A DNA stretch of 53,211 nucleotides, the filler included, from Basidiobolus ranarum (lineage: Eukaryota), in the NCBI GenBank assembly GCA_040143965.1. It is 3 parts of 3 records of this genome, joined end to end, with 100 filler letters (N's around TTAATTAATTAA, not from the genome) between each part and the next. Parts side by side here need not be neighbours in the genome. Positions count along the whole stretch, not along the records: positions 1 to 17,710 come from JASJQH010007171.1; positions 17,811 to 35,482 come from JASJQH010007172.1; 1 more part is not named here. One strand, 5' to 3'. This document shows, in pieces, positions 12,528-25,366 of the stretch. Below the pieces are notes generated by a model. It searched no databases, had not been told where the DNA came from, and saw only the letters and a program-made list of their open reading frames with translations. The translations under genes and the position numbers were made by a program. Numbering within the stretch: position 1 is the stretch's first letter; the number at the start of each line of letters is the position of its first letter.

Positions 12528-15500
12528 TTAAGACTTGGATTTTTTAAATCTAAACTGATCCAGCTTACTTTTGCTTTTCAATGGTAATGCGTCTGTAGGC
12601 ACATTTGTCGAGGGATTACTGATGCGTGTAGTTTCTGTGGTAGGTGGCCTGTGTTTTTCGGTTTGGTTTAGCTCTTGGACCTCTTCGGTGGGATGACCTC
12701 CGGTTGATTTACGCGATGACAAGATCTTGGCCACCTCACGCCAATTACCAAATTTGACATTTTTTGGAAACGAAGGGATCTCCTGTATTACCGATTTCTT
12801 TCGCACATTCGAATCATACCGCATGGTCTGATGGCTGGCCAGTTTCGACAAATGTAACTCTTCAGTTGGTGAAGAATTATGGAAGTCCAAGGTAATGTCA
12901 TCTGAAATATCAGAAACTTCTATATTTGGATGCCTCTTTTCCGATATCGTGCTCTGGCCCAAGCGTTGTGGAGAATGCTGATATTTGGATCTCAATAGAG
13001 ATATACTGGTCGACGAGTCCAAATGTTTTCGGCTCTCGGATAAATCATGTCCGATAGACGAACTTTTCTTGCCTGGTAAGTTGACAGATTGTTGTCCATT
13101 CATAGGCTCAAGGTTTTCCTGGAGCTGGTGTGGATCTCCAAGGGCCGCCATCTCCTGTTCTATGGTATCATCGATAAAGATGTCATCATCAGATTGGGAT
13201 ACGTTAATAGTTACGGCGGCATGAGGGGTAGAAGTATAGCTGATCTCGGGGCTTTGAGGAATGACAGGATACTTTTCATTGAACTCTATATCTTCCAGAT
13301 CTATCTCTATTGGGGCCGTCGTACTCGAATTGGGACGACCTCTCACTTTGATATCATATCGGTCATTTACGGGGCCACCATCATAGCCTTGCAAAGCTGT
13401 TGATGAAGATGAATGTGAAGTGGATGGTTTAGCGCAAGTACCATCATCAAAGATACCCTCTATACCTTGCATAATCATGAAATCATCTGCGTCGTCTTCA
13501 AGGTCCATCAACTGCGGGAAATTTTCTTCGATAAGAATTGACTGCGTTTTAGTTGATTTCGATTGAGCAGGCTTACTGTTTCCTTTTAATACTCTTGGTT
13601 TTTTCAGTGGGAGGTGGTGAGTTTTTAACGGAATAACGTCACTCATATTGAGATGCTCTTGTAATTGTAACCCATACAGATCTTCTTCATCATTGATAAA
13701 TCCAAGTGTTTCCATTCCACTCATTATATTAACGAAATCGATGGTTCGCTGAGAATGGGGAACTGTGTATGTCGAGGTAAGCGTGGTTTGATATTTGGCA
13801 AACTTGGAGAGGGACACATTTGAACTCTCGATCCTACTAAGGAAACGAATGTATTGTCCCTCAATGTCATCGTCCATATCTTTGATCATATGTACATCTT
13901 GCTCAATTGTTTTTCGACGTGACTTTTTAGCCACTTTGACTTGATATTCGGGGATAGTCAGGGTTTCTTTAACGCACACTGGACTAACATCCGCAGGCAA
14001 TAACTTCGGATTCCCGTTAAAGAGAGTAATCTTAGCACCAGAAGCGATGGCACGTTGGATCAACTTGTAGGAATTTTGAGATTGCTTGTACATCTGTTCT
14101 TCTTTCCCTTCCGACAATAACATACAAATTCTGCCTTGGCGCTTACGACCAGTACGCCCCATTCGTTGTAAAAGTCGAATTGGTGAGTTGTGAGAATCGT
14201 AGCATATGATTAGATCCACTTCTCCAATATCTAAACCTTCTTCGCCGATCGAGGTGGAGACGATTACATTATACCCGCCTTCTTTAAACTGTGCCAACAC
14301 TGCTAGTTGTTCCTTTTGCGAAAACCCTTTCTTGGCTTTTTTGGAGGCTTGACCTATAAAAGACATGGGTCTTATCATAGGTGAATGGGTATCCAATGCT
14401 TTAACGATCTCCTCCACGGATTCACGATATTCAGCAAATATCATGACACGAGTTTGTCTTTGGGCATGAACTTCCAAGCCATCATTATCTGCCTCATGAT
14501 TCACAAAATAATTCACGATATAAGAGACCAGTTTCTCCAATTTCGGATGACCAATGAATGTCGGCTCATTTAGCATTTTTTCGATACGAGTCATAAGATC
14601 CACAAAAGTGGGATTTTTGAGTAAATCCTGACGGGCACGAGATATCTTTTTTCCATCCTTAGCTTCTTGAACAATCCCATAAAGTGCGTTGTAAAACGGA
14701 CGAATCCCATGTTGACGTAAAAGGCTATAAGCATGGGAGAGCGCGAGACAAATACCAAAATCAGCTTCGCCAATAGCGTTTTGATCAGGGGGAGCAGCTG
14801 CGGAGCCGCTACGGAATTTGTTGCGCGCCAAGATAAGCATATATTTCGACACCTTTGACGGGTCTTTTTCCCAAATCGCCTGCATTCTGCAGAGACGAGA
14901 TGTGTAAACCTCCATACAGCTGCAGAACTGTTTACAAATCTCGTTGATCTTACTTGTTAAAGGGACCACGATGACATCGATTTTTCTACCATGAGTATAT
15001 TTTTGAATATCAAGCGATTCTTCTGATCTAAGCTCAATATGAGAGATCATTAAATTGTTGACAACATCTTGTACTGTAGCCGTATCTGTCCCTGGTGTAG
15101 CAGAAAGGGCCAACACTCGAAATAGGGGATTTTTGGCGGAAAGTTCCCTGATAACCACACAATTTGCTTGTTCACCGCGGGCTCTATGTGCTTCATCTAC
15201 CACCAAACATACAATATCTTGAGCAGGGCATGTTCCACGTATCAAATCATTTTGTAGAACATGCGGTGTTAAGAAAAAGATTCTTTTCTTGAGCCAAGCG
15301 ACTTTTCTATTTTCAGGTGATATAGCTCCGGTGATTTCGACAGTATCCTCTTGAGAGATTCCGCATATATTATGACACGCTTCAATTTGTTGAGCCACTA
15401 AGGGTCTCGTGGGCGCCATAAATACAATCTTCGATTTAGGAAACCAGCGATAATGATTATACATCACCACGGCGGCGATAAATGTTTTTCCCAAACCAGT

Positions 15501-16251
15501 TGGAAGAGATACTAAGGTGTTTTGAAATAATGCTTTGGATACAATATTAAATTGATACTCACGAAGTGGATAATTCATAGGATACACCCATGTATTAATT
15601 GTATCTGGATCACAGTTGGAAGGGTCCAAAGAAGAGTCCGGTGTATACTTTATAATGGAATTCGATCCACCTGACATTTTCTGTTTAAATGATACAATCT
15701 TAGTAAAATGTGATAGACAATTATCAGAAAGTTATACGTACAAGTGGTTTTTTGCTCGCTTTGATAGAAGTGGGGGAGTTCTCCTTTTCCATGGCAAACA
15801 TATTCCAAAGAGTTTTTTGGTTTCCAGTACTAGTAGTGGTGTTTGTACTCTTTTTCTTATTATTAGTTGGTTTGGGTATCGTTCTATTACGTGAAGTTGG
15901 TGGATTGTGTGACATTCCCTAAAAAGCAATTTAATATAAAAAGTTTAAGGACAGTACAACATCCATAGGTAAGTAGAATAAATTTATAAATACAGGAAAG
16001 GATGTTGAATTGCTGAAATCCGAATCAAAATTGTTGGACCCATTCTTAGGATAAGAAGGTTTGGAAGCGGTTTGATGCGAATGCTGGGGAAATGTTGTTC
16101 TCTGAGGCTGTACTTCATTATCATACGCTGTGCCGTTTGAATAGTCTTTTCCTGGATTAGAGGAGACCGCCTGCTTCTCCATTTGGTCAACAGCAGCTAA
16201 GAAAGCATCATCCAAGGGTAGATCATCAAAGTCGTCAAATTCATCTGCCAT
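12528..16251 (-). CDS. MPH1: ATP-dependent DNA helicase Mph1/FANCM/Fml1 family; 3 exons approx 15994-16251, 15743-15918, 12528-15680
   Basis: WVYPMNYPLREYQFNIV, Walker A LPTGLGKT, DEAH box VVDEAHRA, LSATPG, TSIGEEGLDIGEVD, QRMGRTGR; two phase-0 GT-AG introns connect the upstream acidic exon (MADEFDDFDD); low-complexity C-terminus with no ERCC4-like domain recognised. Confidence 0.95.
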
Positions 16252-17325
16252 GACCAGAGTGTATCAATTTCGAAATACGTCAAGAAGAAAAACTTGGGAA
16301 AAGTTAAAAAAAGAAGAGTGACAAACAGGTGTGTTTACTTGGTTAAAAGCACAGAAATCATGTTATGGTCGCATAAAGCTCGTCGAATTGTTTATTTTTT
16401 ACATTTACAGTCACTATTGTGGATATTTGAATTTGATCACACTTGTAGAGGTAGTTTAGTGAATGTTTTGTAATTTAGTGCAGCTATTTAACCAAATGAA
16501 ATTTCATGCTAATTTCTTAACGTATCGATTGGCTTAAAAGAAATATTTTTGAAAAATCAATATGACAGAATTCTACTTTACTGCGGTTGAATGGGCAATT
16601 TGAATTGATACGAAACTTGATGGCAAGAAGGATCAAAATTAATATTCCAGTGCCTAGTGATGAGCTAGGCCACACTTTATGTTGTTTCTTCTCAAGATTG
16701 TATATGCTTTAAAGAATACATGTTGGCGGTAGCATTTACAGGCTAAATACCACATCCAGAATTCAGCCATGAATCATGCTAGTCACCTCCGTTTAAGCAA
16801 AAGAGTGTCCAGTTAAACTAGCACCAACAATTATGTGAGAAGTCACTTTAGATGCACATAGACTGGTATCACCAAAACTGATAGAACAAATGAATACATA
16901 GCTTACGACTGTGCCTAAAGTGAATCTCAAGTCAGATCATTAGTCTACAACAATGCCTCTCCCCAGAGACTACGAGGACTCCAGAATCGATTCAATGAAA
17001 TCTCAAGACATTCCTACCCTTGTCGCTCTAATCACTTCCATGTGGAATCATTGCGTGATAGATTGTGAGCGCATAATTATTCTTATGATTGGAATTCATC
17101 ATCTTAATCTGCTGTTACAATGGCATATTCCTAGATAGAATTTATTTGAAATAAGCTATTTTCGAGGTGTGTGAACGACATCGAGATGATTGAAGTGTTC
17201 ACTTAAGATCATTAAATAATTATATATCGATTTGTACAGAAAATTGTAGGAACTTACTCCACCCTCAGAGTTTATGTCACAGATTTAAAGATGTCCACCT
17301 TCTCCAGGAGATCAAAACGAGATAA

Positions 17326-17710
17326 TCAGTTCCAATACTTTGGTTCCATGTCGTATTCTTCGTAATCTTGTATATCTTCACTTGAAAACGGAGGCGGTGG
17401 TGGAGGTGGCGGTGAGGAAGATTTAATGACCGGATGTACTGCACTTTGTCTTAAGGATGATAATCCTTGATCACTGAGATATCTTTGATTTCTCACATTA
17501 TGTGTATAACTTGACATTGGTAATTTCTTGGAGTATTCGTTTTGAAGTTGAGCGGATTGTTGTAATGCAATCTCAATTTGACCTACGATATCCTCAAACA
17601 GCTCCACTTCTTGTTCAGGTAAACTCCAAGTCTCGTCACTTGAATAAATCATCACAAATCCAGAATCAACCTCTTCAAGTTGAAATCGAGCTCCCATTGC
17701 TGCCTTGAAT
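17326..17710 (-). CDS. Second ETR1-like paralog, 3' part only (end of GAF + poly-Pro tail); 5' part lost at contig end
   Basis: FKAAMGARFQL..SGFVMIYSSDETWSLPEQEVELFEDIVGQIEIALQQSAQL is nearly identical to the protein at 10737-11852; ends PPPPPPPPFSSEDIQDYEEYDMEPKYWN-stop. Confidence 0.9.
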
Positions 17711-17810
17711 NNNNNNNNNNNNNNNNNNNNNNNNNNNNNNNNNNNNNNNNNNNNTTAATTAATTAANNNNNNNNNNNNNNNNNNNNNNNNNNNNNNNNNN
17801 NNNNNNNNNN
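17711..17810. other. Artificial contig-joining spacer
   Basis: 44 N + TTAATTAATTAA (stops in all six frames) + 44 N, exactly 100 nt, identical to the spacer at 35483-35582. Confidence 0.97.
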
Positions 17811-18317
17811 ACAGTGGAGCCTAACGAGACTTTCAGAGCTGCCGGTTGGGGACAAACCGAAAAGGTAGTGAACTCAAAGCAATTACGTGAGGTTCAAGTT
17901 CAAACCACTCCGTTCTCCGTATGTGCACAGTATGTAACTAACTTCAAGGATTACAACGGTTCTCAAATTTGCACTGGAATGACTCCTGGTCGAGACACTT
18001 GTGGTGGGGACAGCGGGGGTCCGCTATTTCGGTCCGAGGATGGTGTGTTGAAATTAGTAGGACTAACCAGCTATGGTGCCTTTAATCCTAATGATCGGTT
18101 AAAATGTGGAGGAAAGGGTTCGGTTGGTGTTTACACTCATGTGCTATCTTATATGGAATACATTGAGGGTGTAACCGGACTGAGCTTCAACGAACTCACC
18201 TCTTCAGAGTTTCGCCATCAAGCAGGGTACGTGGTGTCAGCTTTATCCACGAATTCACTCGCAAAGTCCATGGTTCCTCTTCTAGTAGCTTCAGCAATAT
18301 TCATGTTCAAAGTATAG
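17811..18317 (+). CDS. Trypsin-like serine protease (S1A), C-terminal part; 5' end cut by contig boundary
   Basis: AAGWG, QICTG, DTCGGDSGGP (catalytic Ser; Asp at the S1-pocket position), LVGLTSYG, GVYTHV; hydrophobic C-terminal tail. Confidence 0.93.
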   Translation, partial: TVEPNETFRAAGWGQTEKVVNSKQLREVQVQTTPFSVCAQYVTNFKDYNGSQICTGMTPGRDTCGGDSGGPLFRSEDGVLKLVGLTSYGAFNPNDRLKCGGKGSVGVYTHVLSYMEYIEGVTGLSFNELTSSEFRHQAGYVVSALSTNSLAKSMVPLLVASAIFMFKV

Positions 18318-19683
18318 ATATAGGGGTTGTTCGTAATATAATATAGATATAGACATTAATCCCATACCTTGTGAATCTAGATGCATCACCTCTGATGAAC
18401 TCCCAATGTATTTCTAAATAGACCATCAAATAAATAACATAAAATGAAATTTCTTTCCTATTCGCAAAGCTCACTAGTTTTTCCATATTACCAATGCCAA
18501 ACTAAGAAAATGTGATAAAAGGTTGCCGAGGGAAGCAGACCAATGGCAAGAGTACCAAATGTAATCGAAATTTAGCGTGGTTTCTTTTCCATTGGTATAA
18601 TGTAGATGAGGTGAGATGATTTGATATCAAACGGATTGCATCTCAAAGCTTCACCTTGAACATCTGCTTCATCTGTCTTTTATTGGTGCTTGTTAAGGTA
18701 ACACATTAACCAAGCTATAGTTATCCTCCACGCATGGTCTTGAATCTAGTTGAACAGAAAACACTACGTCTAGGATTAATCTACTTTTGGAATTGTACCA
18801 AAGCTCTTCTAAGATCTAACTGGCTACTATTATCTAAATCAAATCTGTTAGTGGCTGCGCTTTACATGTTGAGAAGAATATCCAAGAAATCAAGCAACTC
18901 CCAATATCTCTCTCCAATCATCGTAATCCTATAGAATTTGAGAACATACAATACATATGACACCCAGTTCCATTACAACTTACGCGTTCCGAAATAGGAT
19001 GAATTCCAAATCTTCCTTAATCATTTATGGAATTTTGCATTCAACCTCCTTCGTCACTAATTCGGGTTTGTTCCGATTGATTGATGCCGGTATATCTCTA
19101 CAAGGGTTAGACATACTATATATAATTTACTTTTGCTCTTTATAGTCCTCATTACTGGCAAGTCTGGCTTTTTGGACCGAATATAACCGGATTTTGTGAT
19201 GCATCTAGTGTTGAATGAAGCCCTTCATACCGTGATTGCTGACTTTAAACTTAATGGTATGCCTCAAAGGATTGTAAATATAAATGGCTAATTCCTAGGC
19301 CATTCAAAATACCAGTGAGATATACACGCATTCAAGCTGTAGTGGTGATTTTGAATTCTGCTTTTCTTATGAATATCTTTATTGGTTTGAATTTCCTACC
19401 ATGCTTTACTTTTACCACCAACATTACATATCTCTAAGAACTCACACTTGAGAAAACCCATCTTTTATCAAGAAAATTGAGCAACCATTAGGGTTAACAT
19501 TCATATTACTCCTCAAATTCTTTAAGATTAGGAACTCCAAGTGCCAAAATCAAAATCAGAATGACTCATCATATTATGGAGTGGTGATATCACTCTAATT
19601 AAGTTGTAAACATACTATGCTATGGAATCAAACACAGCCCTTGCATTTCTGCGAGCTCTTGTTGCTAATGTACTTTGAGAGCC

Positions 19684-19885
19684 TGTTGGAAGTGGTTTGG
19701 AGAATTAGAAAAATAGGTGGTTTCACTTATCGATTTATTGAGTAGAAAGTTGACATTTATAGTTTTGTCAAGATGTAGGCAAACTAACGTGTAGAAGGTG
19801 TTAAGGAAGTTCCAGAAACATGCGTGCAAAGTTTGGGGCTTCTAGCATAAGTTTGAAAAATCTATATATCTGAGAACCTCTAAGT
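19684..19885 (+). repeat. Degenerate interspersed repeat, copy A (homologous to 34343-34546, inverted)
   Basis: For example CTTCTAGCATAAGTTTGAAAAATCTATATATCTGAGAACCTCTAAGT here versus CTTCTAGGATAAGTTTGAGAAATCTATGTATCTGAGAACTTCTAAGT on the minus strand near 34343-34390. Confidence 0.75.
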
Positions 19886-19909
19886 AAATTCCTTATGAGA
19901 ATAATGGGT

Positions 19910-20141
19910 AATATCATAGTGAAATATGAGATAACTATGTACTAAGCTATATATGATTATATAGGTGTTTAGGCAATGCTAATTTCAACAATATCTTAGT
20001 GAAATATAAGATAGTGAAGTACTAAGCTATATATGACTATATAATAGTGGGTGATATCTTGGTTCAATATAGACTAACTAAATACTAAGCTATATATGGT
20101 TATATAGGTGCTTAGGCAATGCTAATTTTCACAATAATATC
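19910..20141. repeat. Imperfect tandem repeat, ~75-80 bp period, about 3 copies
   Basis: Three copies of TACTAAGCTATATATG(A/G)(T/C)TATATA and two of GGTG(T/C)TTAGGCAATGCTAATTT. Confidence 0.85.
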
Positions 20142-21886
20142 GTACAAACGTTGAATGACTTGTTAGAATGGCACATCTCCAAGTTAGACAGCAACCTATT
20201 TAGCATGTGCAATTGGAGTAAGAATATACATTTTATCTTGTGCTATCTAATCTGACAACATCTACTTAATGAAACATATTGCTAGGAGGCAATTCATATG
20301 CATTGATATGGCCCAAGAATATTGCTGGTTGGTGGAGAAATATTGGCAGAGTTCAGCTAACCCATTGACTAAAAATTTCAATAATCCTGATATAAGTGAT
20401 TCAGTACTCAAAAATTGTCTACATGAGGCTTTAGCAATGGTGTTGAGTAGCAAGATGGGAAAATCAGTGGCATAGGTTAGCTTTGTTTATGTAATACATT
20501 GAGAGTTTGATAATAAGCTTTAATATGAGTACCACGCATAACCCGTATCACAATTAAGTAATCAAGAGGCCTATATTTTTTGTCTAAAGGTTGTTGACGA
20601 ACTCTGAAAGCAGTTAAATGTGTGCAAGAAACCATCCACAACGACTATTGATATGTATTATGCACTACAAGCGAGTATAGATTCACCCCAAAAGTGAACA
20701 CTTGATTGGACTCATCAATAAGGAGTAAATATATTTGCATATATCAATCCAATAATTGGATGTAATACGACCGATTCAATCTGGTGATAGATTATGCTAA
20801 AAATGTTGTAACTGCCTACTCTTGTATATATACTTTTAGATATGCCCAATTTACTGAAAGTATCAAAGCTAGATCAAACTATCGTGCTTTGGAGTATTCT
20901 CCAACCTTTAAAACATGGTTGAGCCAAAACAATGGGTTGTGATCGCAATAGCAATGCGTTGTTTCGTATCCTGCCGCAAGAACACACATTCTTTTGAAAT
21001 TGACGAGTGGAGTTCCAGTATTATCCGAGAGTATTCTAATGTACACACTCACTGCACCAATTCATAGTGTCTGGGGCTTAATTTGCTGCGTATTGAGTTG
21101 TACATCTTACGATATTGGAAGATTTGTCTCGATTTACTCCATTGTATGATATCACTCCAGCGGATCATACCTAACCCATATTAGCTTGTTGGAATAACCA
21201 TTCCATAGTCAAAATGAAACTAGCAGGTTGTGACTAGCACACATAAGAAATCTAAAATGGGCATCGAATTATTTCTACCAAACTCGTTTTAATTGTCTTG
21301 GTAGATAAGTACCTACAGGTTTAGTAGTAAGCCATAGAATAATCATTGATCATCAATCTCATACTCATTATTCTATTTAATCTCCAAGAAATAAGTATTA
21401 CTACAGATAAGTAATAATAGTATAGGGTTGTAGCGAAATATATTGAAAGATGTCTAACATTGAATCCATTTTATTGGGCTTTAGAAGAGTTTGGAGGTAT
21501 GGGGGGACGTTTAAATTGTTCTTGATATTCGAATGAATGATATATTGAAGCCAATGATTTACAATGTGATGTGTGCCTTTTTCGATCCATGATTCTGAGT
21601 AAGTGGGTATTTGAAACCAAATGAGTCTCTCACCTAAAAGCAAGGTGAAGAATATCAACCCGCACTTCTGCAATCCGGAAACTGTTACGGAATGAATGAT
21701 GGAAAGTAGGAGGGTGCGGGAAAGTTCTGTCAAAAAGTAACCAACAAAGAGAAGGGTGGTATGAATGAAGGGAGTGTATTTATAACAACAGATGGGGTGA
21801 GGTTTAGGTGTATCAAATAAATATGGATGAAGATTTGGTTATTTAAGCAGCGCAATTGTGGGGAGACGTAGTATGGCTGGTCGGCA

Positions 21887-23485
21887 TTATAATTGATTTA
21901 ATTTCTTGACTATTAACTCGTAGGTTAAAATAGTCAACGCACTTGCAGGGACTGTTCGAAATAAGTTAGTCGGCATTCCCTTGTAAAAAGCAGTCCATCC
22001 TTCCTCACGGTTAATGGTACTAACAGTATGCGTAACTCCATAATATTTAAACGGGGGAACACATTGATTTTGAAGTCTAGTGCGAATTACCTGGTCAATG
22101 TTTAGGATCAATTACTTTCTTCTAACTGATTTCACACCCAGTACTCACCTCGTGGGGATAAGTAACCACACTAGCGGCCATTTTCGATAAAGAAGAAGCA
22201 ATCAAAATAGCGAATGTTCCCAAAGACTCCCCATTCTCTGGCCCTAAGAAAGTCAAATTTAATCAGCTCTGACCTTTAATATAAGTTTTAAAAACCCCCA
22301 CCATAGGAACTTACGAAGCATGATCTTCAACTTTTCATAGAGGGGGAACTGAACTGCCACATGCACGATCCCTAGCAAACTTGGTGTCAGACCCTTGTAG
22401 AATCCATTTAATCCCTCCTGCCTCCAGATCGTAGCAAATGCGTCCAGGGTGTTTCGATAATGATAAGTAGTTCTTTCTGACTGAGTCTAAAGGTCGATTG
22501 TGTTTAAGATACACCTCACATGCTCACTTTCGAGATTAACTTAACTTTCACATACCATAAATCGAGTTTTAATCACCCACAGTGGATTCGTCATGATAGA
22601 GCTAGCAGCACCCGCCCCCATGGCCGAAGCAATGTGTACAAGAACATCGTCATGAGATCTTCCTATACATATCATAATTAACCTGATTAGCAAGGGTGAT
22701 GCTATCGCTCTACTTGTACGTTATCAAGTGATCACAAGAGAAGAAACAAATGATCAGTACACCTACTAGACTTGTCAGCGACCGCTATCTTCAAGTAATC
22801 ATAGACACTAAAGTAGATAGCCCAAGTGGGAAGATAGCCGTATATTGTTGGTCCCAAGCCACGATATAGTCCACGAATGCCTTCCTCGGCCCAAATACGT
22901 GTGAGAGTTCCTATAGATTAACAAACATAATTCCACCGATTAGTTCGAATTTCACGGATTCGATTCCAGCAACAAGTACACTCAACAAGAAGAAATATAT
23001 ATGTTTACATGATACACCAATATTTTGGAAATTCTTAGAAGAGAAAAAAAAACTATCTTGTTGAGGTTCAAGTTCAAATTTTCTTTACAACCTGCTGTTC
23101 CTTTATAATTTTTATGTCCTGGAAGGGGTTCACTTATTAGGTGTCCTTGATTTTGTAACCTTGTTTTCACTACGTCTAATGGACACGTTAAAACCGAAGT
23201 TACACAGCCAGCACCAGCTCCGGCAACGGTGTTTTTAAGGTTATCCGATTTTCTGTATATACCATAAAAAAGTTATGAACAATATCTAATAGTGGTGTTG
23301 AAATGGACGAACAATGGAGAGCGGTGAGGTGTGAAAGGAGTTCGTTATATTCACTGGATCTCCTGCCCAAGTGTGGTTGTCTCCAACAATGATCGGATGT
23401 AATAGAACGAACTTATGATAACGAGTAAAGTAAAAGTCTTGGGTACATACCGTAAGTGATTCCGAAAATTATCTAATGTCTCCAT
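21887..23485 (-). CDS. NDT1: Mitochondrial carrier (SLC25), NAD+ transporter Ndt1/Yia6-like; multi-exon
   Basis: Three carrier repeats with signature motifs (CPLDVVKTRLQ, NPLWVIKTRFM, YPHEVIRTRLQ); GYLPTWAIYFSVY resembles yeast Ndt1; likely ATG at 23483-23485; GT-AG introns. Confidence 0.85.
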
Positions 23486-25366
23486 TCCACGACTTCCCCG
23501 AGGAAAGTAAATATCCCAGTTGTTCTTACGGTTAGAGTGAGGTGGCTTGGTTTCAATAGAATGCTCAATAGGCCGAGTGGTTGACGTAAACTACGTCAAG
23601 TGAGTAAGCCCAAGGAAATATTGGTTGGTAACCCAAAGTGGAGTGAAAGAGTTGGGGAGGGGAAGGTTGGTTGTGGGTGAACTAATAAAAAAAGGAATTC
23701 TAGAGGCACGAGACTATCTTGGTATCTTCACTAGCGCGAACTGTAGAAAAGAAAACTTACACCGAGAATGGACAGTTATCGATGAGATGAAAGTTGCCTA
23801 GGAAATAATTCGTGTTAAGACTTGGAGTAGAAATTTGGTGATTTATGTTTTCATACAAAAATGGATGTAATGGGGAATAGGAGAGATGATCATATTTTCC
23901 AACCGAGATGGACTGCCTATATTTGATGGGTGATTCGTAAAGGGGATTAATTCATACTTGCCGATTGCATCAAATCACCGTGTTACTACGGCCACTTCCG
24001 GGTGGATGGTTAGATCCCTCCAACAACTAGAAGAGAAAATCACTGGAGATTCTTGACAGGGTGTTGGATTTACCCAGAGGAGAGGAGAATGATCATCAGA
24101 TCCCACTCCCATGGCCCTCATTCGTGGGCAGGTCTGGCCAAACAGAATGCTTGGAGGACAGCCATCGTGGGTAAAGTGGAGGTGTAGCTTCTCGAGTCAG
24201 GTGTATCGAGAATGAAAAGTGCAGATGTCATTAGGATAGACTTGCTCGGTCTCAGAGTCTATGTGGCCTAAACCCAACTTTTGTCAGGCTCATTGATTTT
24301 CGCATTCGCATTCGAGTTTGGCGGATAAAGCAGATTTGATACAGATCATAAGAATGAATTTGACTCGTGGGGTTTCATCGATGCTGTAGAGTGGATATGG
24401 AAATCTCACACTAGCCTATCGATTTGCTATCTTCTTTGGACAAAGTCTCAATTACAGATGCTGCAAGTAAAGTCACATGGCTTACTCGGTGGAGACAAAG
24501 GTGATTTCATAGCACATGGTGGTCAGAGTAAGCGCTTACTTGGATGCGGGTTTTACAAGGGTTTCCATTGTCAGTCCAGATTGCAGACGGCATTTCATCC
24601 AAAAGACATGGATTCCCGACAGGGATGGGAAGAATGTTCTACGACGATTTGAACAGGATGGCTGCCGATACAGGCTCCTGCAAAAGGGAGGCATTTCAAG
24701 CGTAATCAAGATGACGGCCCACCTGACCCAACCACATCGAACTCAACTGAAGTAAGCAAAGCTAAGAAATCCCCGCTTCAAAATAAGCAAATCCCCCAAT
24801 CGACAATAAATGGTGGCATAGATTTGCTTCCAATAAATCTAATCTGCTGAAACCTCTGCACGAGAGTGCTATCATCCAAATCATGAGATCTAGACCATTG
24901 ACGATCAGACTTCAACTGGTATTCTAAATTGAATGACTCTCCAAGAGTGTCAGATACCTTCCACCTAGCTTATAGGACAAGGCAATTTATTTTTATGGCG
25001 GTGGCAGCCATTACAACCGTTCAAGCCATTTCAGGGAGAAACCAGAAATGGGCAGGAACGGTTAAATGAAACAAACGTGATCTCATCTCCAAACAATGGA
25101 AGGTATAGAGTAAATAAATAAAAATCATTTGCAGAAAGTAAAGAATAAGGGTGAAGTGGATGGAGGAATAATAGGAGTGGTTCATGTATTGATTGGAATT
25201 AATTGGATCGACTCAAAACTGAAGGATATTTTGCAAACAAAAACATGGTGACTGTATGGTTAGGTGCAAAGATCTAAGAGTCAATAAGGATTTTCTTGAC
25301 CAAACCAGCCTCAATTCACTTCATGCCTCTACATAGTCTCTGCACAGATATAGAATAAGACAAAGT

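Noticed and set aside
17755-17766. Palindrome TTAATTAATTAA inside N runs
   Set aside because: Synthetic six-frame stop linker, repeated exactly in the second spacer.
19910-20141. CRISPR-like repeat/spacer pattern
   Set aside because: Eukaryotic context, no cas genes, and the intervening segments are themselves homologous; an ordinary tandem repeat.
18360-21400. Coding-like fragments with many stops (possible decayed genes)
   Set aside because: No family motif could be recognised with confidence.
24040-24755. Possible Ty3/gypsy reverse-transcriptase relic (DLPRGEENDHQIPL; SAYLDAGFTRVSIVSPD)
   Set aside because: Only vague resemblance, wrong spacing, no YxDD motif or LTRs seen; would need tblastn against TE libraries.
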